From NCBI GenBank assembly GCA_000934665.2, contig KZ538925.1, forward strand, positions 1-40,018: 40,018 nucleotides of DNA, in the 5' to 3' direction. The stretch is from Catajapyx aquilonaris (taxonomy: Eukaryota). A program made the translations under genes and the position numbers. A model generated the notes under the pieces. That model saw nothing but the letters and a program-made list of their open reading frames with translations, was not told the DNA's origin and did no database searches. How positions within the stretch are numbered: the stretch's first letter is position 1; each line of letters opens with the position of its first letter. Positions 34,769 to 40,018 of this stretch are shown here, in pieces.

Positions 34769-37700
34769 CTCCCCCCCCCCCCCCCCCAAAAAAAAAAAAA
34801 ACTCTCTGCTTCACAATAGAAAAATCAACATCCGTGGGTGATGTCCACAGGAAGTTATCACGTGGACTCACACCAACAATGCAATGCTCCCAATAATAAT
34901 ATCAACATGCTTTTCGATGCAAATATTATAATAATAGAAGGGAACTCCTTCCCGTTCGGAGGGGGGTGTTGACCGTGTTTGGAAGTAATGCCAATAAAAA
35001 CTGCGCTTGTTTTTCGGTGCTGGGGACAGAATTGGTAAACATTTAGCGCACCAGTTTGATGAGAGTTTTTTTTATTAAATTGGCGTAATTATCGGGAAGG
35101 TGTATATTGCCGAAATTGATTGATGAGAAGTGACGTCACAGATTATAAACAGGTGTCATGTTAACTAGTTGACAGTGACAATCAAACTACTTTAATGAAA
35201 TGGCCCCGCGGATTTACCAAGTAGTAATATTTTTCACGCACAGATGGCGCATACTTCCTCTGCACACTCCTGCCACCTTCAGGCCGTGCGACAGATAGCG
35301 TTACTATCAGGTCGGACAAACATCCGGCAGAGAGAATAAGCCTATTAGGAGAAAGATTGACAAAATTTATTTTTCTGACATTCTGCTAGCCTATTTGTGC
35401 AAAAATTTGGCAACATCCAACTATTCCGGAATAATACCATGGAATAAATAGATGTTCCGGACTAAGCTCGAAAAGGTGGAAATAATCAGGAAAAGTAGGA
35501 CAATAGTGGTCCTTCTCAATAAAGGAATCGGTGCACATCCGGATATATGATGAATGTGTATAGGTGTACGATGGGGGGAAAGCTGGTTTTACTGTACGTG
35601 CAATGTGCTGTGGGCATAATCCGATACGGAAGGGTGAGCTTTTGCAGCAGGTGTCCGATACCTCATAAAGGATCCGGAACGTTAGGGGGGGATTTTTGGA
35701 GTGGACCAGTGAGAGAGAGTATCTGGTGCTTGGAAAACTGGGTCGTAACTCTTCGTGCAGATATCTGTCTTTATGTTTCGCACAAGTTACTCACACTCGT
35801 TGCCAGGCGAACCCTCGATTTATGTGATTTTAAGGGGAATCAAAATGGTCTCTTTTTTTTTGGTCTCTGAATACGGAAATGGCAACCCTGTTGGTCACGT
35901 GATAAATTCAACCAATGAGAGGATCTGTTGATATTTTTGTGCTAAGCAGTGTTATTATTTCACCATAATATGAGTTATTAAACCACTGGAGAGTGAATTA
36001 TGGTAGAGTTGTGATGTTTCATCATATACAACCCATGCACAATAAATTGATAGTTGTTCCTATGCGTATGAATTATGGAGATGGGAGCATGTAAAACTAT
36101 CATAACGTTTAATAATAACAGTCAAACTCGCAGCAGTGAACACCGCATTTGCACACTTGTGATTTACAGCATTTGTGAACTGTTACGCTGCAATGACAGC
36201 TGCATGACTCTATTTAGCGAGAATTTCTGGGAGAGGTTCTATGCAAATCCCAGGAGAAAATATTTATAAATGATTCCAGTAAGTTATATGCGAATTTTCA
36301 GAACCAATTGTACTGCGAAACGGTGCAGTAGCTTTTGCTAAAACATTGCATAAATCCATGTAAAATTTATCGAAATTGAACTATTTTCCTGGAAATACAC
36401 TGCATTTGTTCATAAATATTATAATAGTGCAATAACAGAGGAATTGAAATGCAATGGCGTAAAATATTATTCACATCGGAAAGGATTGTTGCAATGTCGA
36501 TCCATAGCGATCCGGTACTGTAAATTTATATTATGGGACAAAAATTTAAATAATGCCGAGGTGTTACTATTATTAATTTTTCTTGCATTACTTATGAACT
36601 TATCAGTTACTGTTCGGGAAATTCTGCTTCATCGCCGGTTAAGCAAAGTAGCGTCCGACGTACAGTACCGGAAAGTAAACTTTAATTAACACATTTATCG
36701 ACTTTTCAATTAACATAACCCCAGGGATATCCAGCATCTGCTGCCCTCATTTGTTGATCAACCATGGTTAATTGCAGTGTTAAGTTTGGATTTCCCATGG
36801 ACATGTTGACTTTACTGTACTTTCCTTCCCTCAAATTCCCCCCCCCCCCACTCTTTATAAACTGTGTTACACAATTTGTAACAATGAACTGCAAGCCAGT
36901 AGTGCAAACTATTTCGCAATATGGATTGACTCTCTGAAATTCCTCAGCAAAAAAAAAAAAAACAACGATCAAAAGGTTCGATCCTTTTTGTTTGTTTCTG
37001 AGACTACTCTTTGAGAAAAATGCCATCCGGATACCGACAAAACGGAAGCAAACGCAACACAGAGCTGGAAAAAAAAATACTTTCGACATTTTGACAAAAA
37101 GGGAATAGCTATTCCCCTCACTCCATTGAGCTTGTTATTTGGCAGGCCGTCCCGGACCCAACCCCCCCAAAAAATGTCGGTCTAGATATGACATTTGGCT
37201 CGAAAAAATAACCGTTGTCCGGATAAAAATCAACATAGGTCCGGAAAAAAGGGCATGAATTATCCCACTGGTACTCACAGTCCTCTTCGAAATTTTTATC
37301 AACTTATGAAATATTCCGGGGGAAAAAATGGACATTTTTTGGGGGGTGTTATCACTTCGGATGTGGGACACACATTTCTTTTTTTTCCCCCTTTTTTTGA
37401 AGTACTATAGACACGTGTGCTTGCTTGTGTGTGTGTGAGTAGGTACAATGGAAGGCACTTGGAATGAGGCATACATTATCATACATTCTTTGTTGGTGAG
37501 CGATGTAACCGGCGGGGAAAAACACATCTGCGACTCATATTTCTTTCATGGGAATGGAAATGACGTCCTTGTTCCGACCGCTGTACCAACGTTGTATTTG
37601 TCCCCCAAAAACCAGGGGACAAAAATTCTATCAAATATCTACATATAAAAGGCAAGGTTTGTACGTATGTGCGGGCTACCTAACCCACTTTTAGACTACT

Positions 37701-37854
37701 TGTCAAAAAAGTTATTTCAGTTTCAGACAATGTTTGTTCAGGTTTGGTTGCAACAATTAGACGAATTACATTTTGTTGAGTACTATGGCCCAAACAAGGA
37801 TTATCCTGGCTTGGATGCAACTCATTGGACAGGTGCGCATTGTACGGGTCTTCA

Positions 37855-38113
37855 ATTAGCTCTGGGGACGGAAATGGGACTTTTAACTGTAACTGTGGGG
37901 ACATTTTCAAATTGTGGGGACATTTCTCGTCCCCACAATTGATTTCACCGGTTGGGTACATACATAGTGGGGACATGTCCCCACAATTGGGTATCTTTAA
38001 AAACCATTTATTTCGGCCTAGGTTAGTTAGGGTAGGGTAGGTTAGGTTAGGTTAGGTTAGGTTAGGATAAGCTAGGTTTCAAACGTTGTGTTAGTCATGT
38101 CCCCACAGCTAAT
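37855..38113. mobile_element. IR-bounded element with multiple GTGGGGAC motifs and an internal (TTAGG)n tract
   Basis: ATTAGCTCTGGGGAC (37855-37869) vs GTCCCCACAGCTAAT (38099-38113), 1 mismatch. TGGGGAC/GTCCCCAC occurs about 7 times. (TTAGG)5 at 38042-38066. Confidence 0.7.
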
Positions 38114-40018
38114 GGCGTGCAAACGTGTGTGTGTGTCCATAAAATGATGTCCAGTCCAGCTCATGATTACGTCACTGCTATATCAACAGTGTTTCAGTTT
38201 TTTTCCCTAGTTCCATTGTGTAGAACCATGTCTTTTGAAACGCGATTTCCCCAGCGGGTTGATGGGGATGTTAAAGGTGACCTACCGGCTGCCAATCGCA
38301 AATCGGGCACGTGTCCTCATCTTCATTTTTTTGTGTGGAGGTTTTGACACTTTTCGGAAGTCATCCGGATCGATCCGGCACGTTCCGGTTTGTTCGCCTC
38401 AAAATAATAGCGAAATTAGCTGTTTCGTAGGAAGTTACGTAAGCGACGGAATATTGAACGAAATGAAAAATGTGGAGCATCGGATGAGAAGAAACGAGGA
38501 CGACAGCGCGCCTGGTCCCATTTGGTTCATATTTTCCCCCCCAACGGGTTGGCCCAGCCCCCCCTTTTCCACCCAAAAAATAAAAAATGGAGGCTGGTAG
38601 GAAATAGAAGCCAAGCGTTGCATAAAGTTGCAGCTGGCAAAGATGGAAAGGCATGGGGCCAGAGACAGTCAGCTGGCTCGCAATCAATTTTTTTTTAATC
38701 CACTAAAAGTGACAAAGTGGGCCAGACTTTTGCTTATATATATAGTAATTATTTTATATACCGTAAGGGTGGAGATATGATACATCCTGTAGCAATGATC
38801 GGCTTTTAAAATGAAAAAAAGCTGGCCGCCTTTTCACGCCCGCATTATTCGAAGCTATTCCTCTTGAATCCGGATCTTTCCTTTTCAACCAAGTTAGTCG
38901 TGGAAAAAATCTTTGCAGGCAAAAGTTACATGCTTCTGCGCTTCTATTCATTTAAAAAAAATAGACTGGAGAGCACCACCTTCCAACCTCTCTTTTTGTG
39001 CTTTTCTATATCTCTCCAGGGCTCGCTACTTCTCCGCATCTTCTCCAATATCACATCGATCTGATGAGTCTCTCCTAAATGTTGGCATAACCTCAGTTAT
39101 CCCCCTGGAGTTTCGACACCTGACTACCTTCCACCTCGACACCACAACCTTCATTGCATCGATTCCAAGGATTAAAGGATGGTGTACGTCAGCAAAATTT
39201 TAAACCTTGCCACTTCATTATCGGATTTTGCATTCAAAGACACTACGTTGTATAAGTATACGACATTGTGACATGTTGCACATAATACAACACACAGTTG
39301 TGTTGCCCAGCCTTGGTCTGGGATTTGGGAAATTTGTGCACAAATATCTCAACCTATAAACACGCATTCCACCAGTTTTCAGCACCAAAATGTCAATCCT
39401 CCATAACTTATCGCGGGTTTAAAAGTCACTCTCAAATTGGCGGGAAAAAAGGAGGCGTGGCCTAGGAGCGCATTCGAACTCATGCCTGATAGTTACCACC
39501 TTAGTGACGTATACGTTTATAAACCTACCGGTGCACCTGCTTCACTTCAATTCAGTTGGTAGGATCGCCAACAAAGCAAACAAACAAAGGAACAAAGCAG
39601 TCCAGGTGCGTTCCTGCCTCTGCACCGATATGTTTAGCCACAGTGACGTCAGAGGGCAGGACTATACCGTATAATTAATATAATCTTAGATGGATCATAG
39701 TTCGGAAAGTAATACGTATTTATTCAAACAAAACCACTGAAATTCGTTAAAAATAATGACTATTTCTCTACATGGGTTTTCAAAATGTACGAACGCAACC
39801 GAGTGCGCATCCACACTCACGCAAGTCAATTGTTCCAAGAACAACGTTGCCACAGTTACTTCTAAGGTTCGTTCAGAGCCTTGGCAGCATCGCAAAAGTC
39901 GGCCATATTGTTACCCCTTATTCAAGCTTACAGTAAAGGCCATTTCACAAAAAAATGTCGCGCGGCAAACGGCGCGACTTGCGGCAAATTTTTTATTTAT
40001 ATTTATTGTTGCCAATTG

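Noticed and set aside
34555..34790. Poly-G/C runs (also 12821, 18060, 30880) as G-quadruplex features
   Set aside because: They are adjacent to Ns, so length and sequence are unreliable and probably reflect sequencing dropout.
37140..37370. Possible MITE with CCCCCCAAAAAATGTC / GACATTTTTTGGGGGG inverted repeat
   Set aside because: The IR is mostly homopolymer, and the outer ends and TSD cannot be defined.

Overview
Eukaryotic, almost certainly arthropod (pancrustacean) genomic DNA from a gapped draft assembly. The only convincing protein-coding sequence is one 855-bp plus-strand exon (24410-25264) of the hyperpolarization-activated cyclic-nucleotide-gated channel gene Ih/HCN. It encodes a very Gly-rich N-terminal extension and the conserved pre-S1 'HCN domain'. 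I could not find the next exon (FYWD..., S1) in the remaining 14.7 kb, so most of the window appears to be intron or flank. This non-coding DNA is a dense, nested set of small non-autonomous transposons: TA-flanked Tc1/mariner- and pogo-type MITEs, several families of short Helitrons, two tRNA-derived SINEs with exact 13- and 15-bp target-site duplications, palindromic elements and degenerate ~15-bp-period arrays. I found no transposase, RT, RNA gene or CRISPR array, and I cannot support a claim of a new multi-gene system. The most unusual structures are a pair of oppositely oriented minisatellite arrays around a ~1-kb spacer (3800-6730), a cluster of perfect CRE palindromes upstream of the HCN exon, an IR-bounded element carrying (TTAGG)n, and a frame-compatible candidate alternative/poison exon at 39020.
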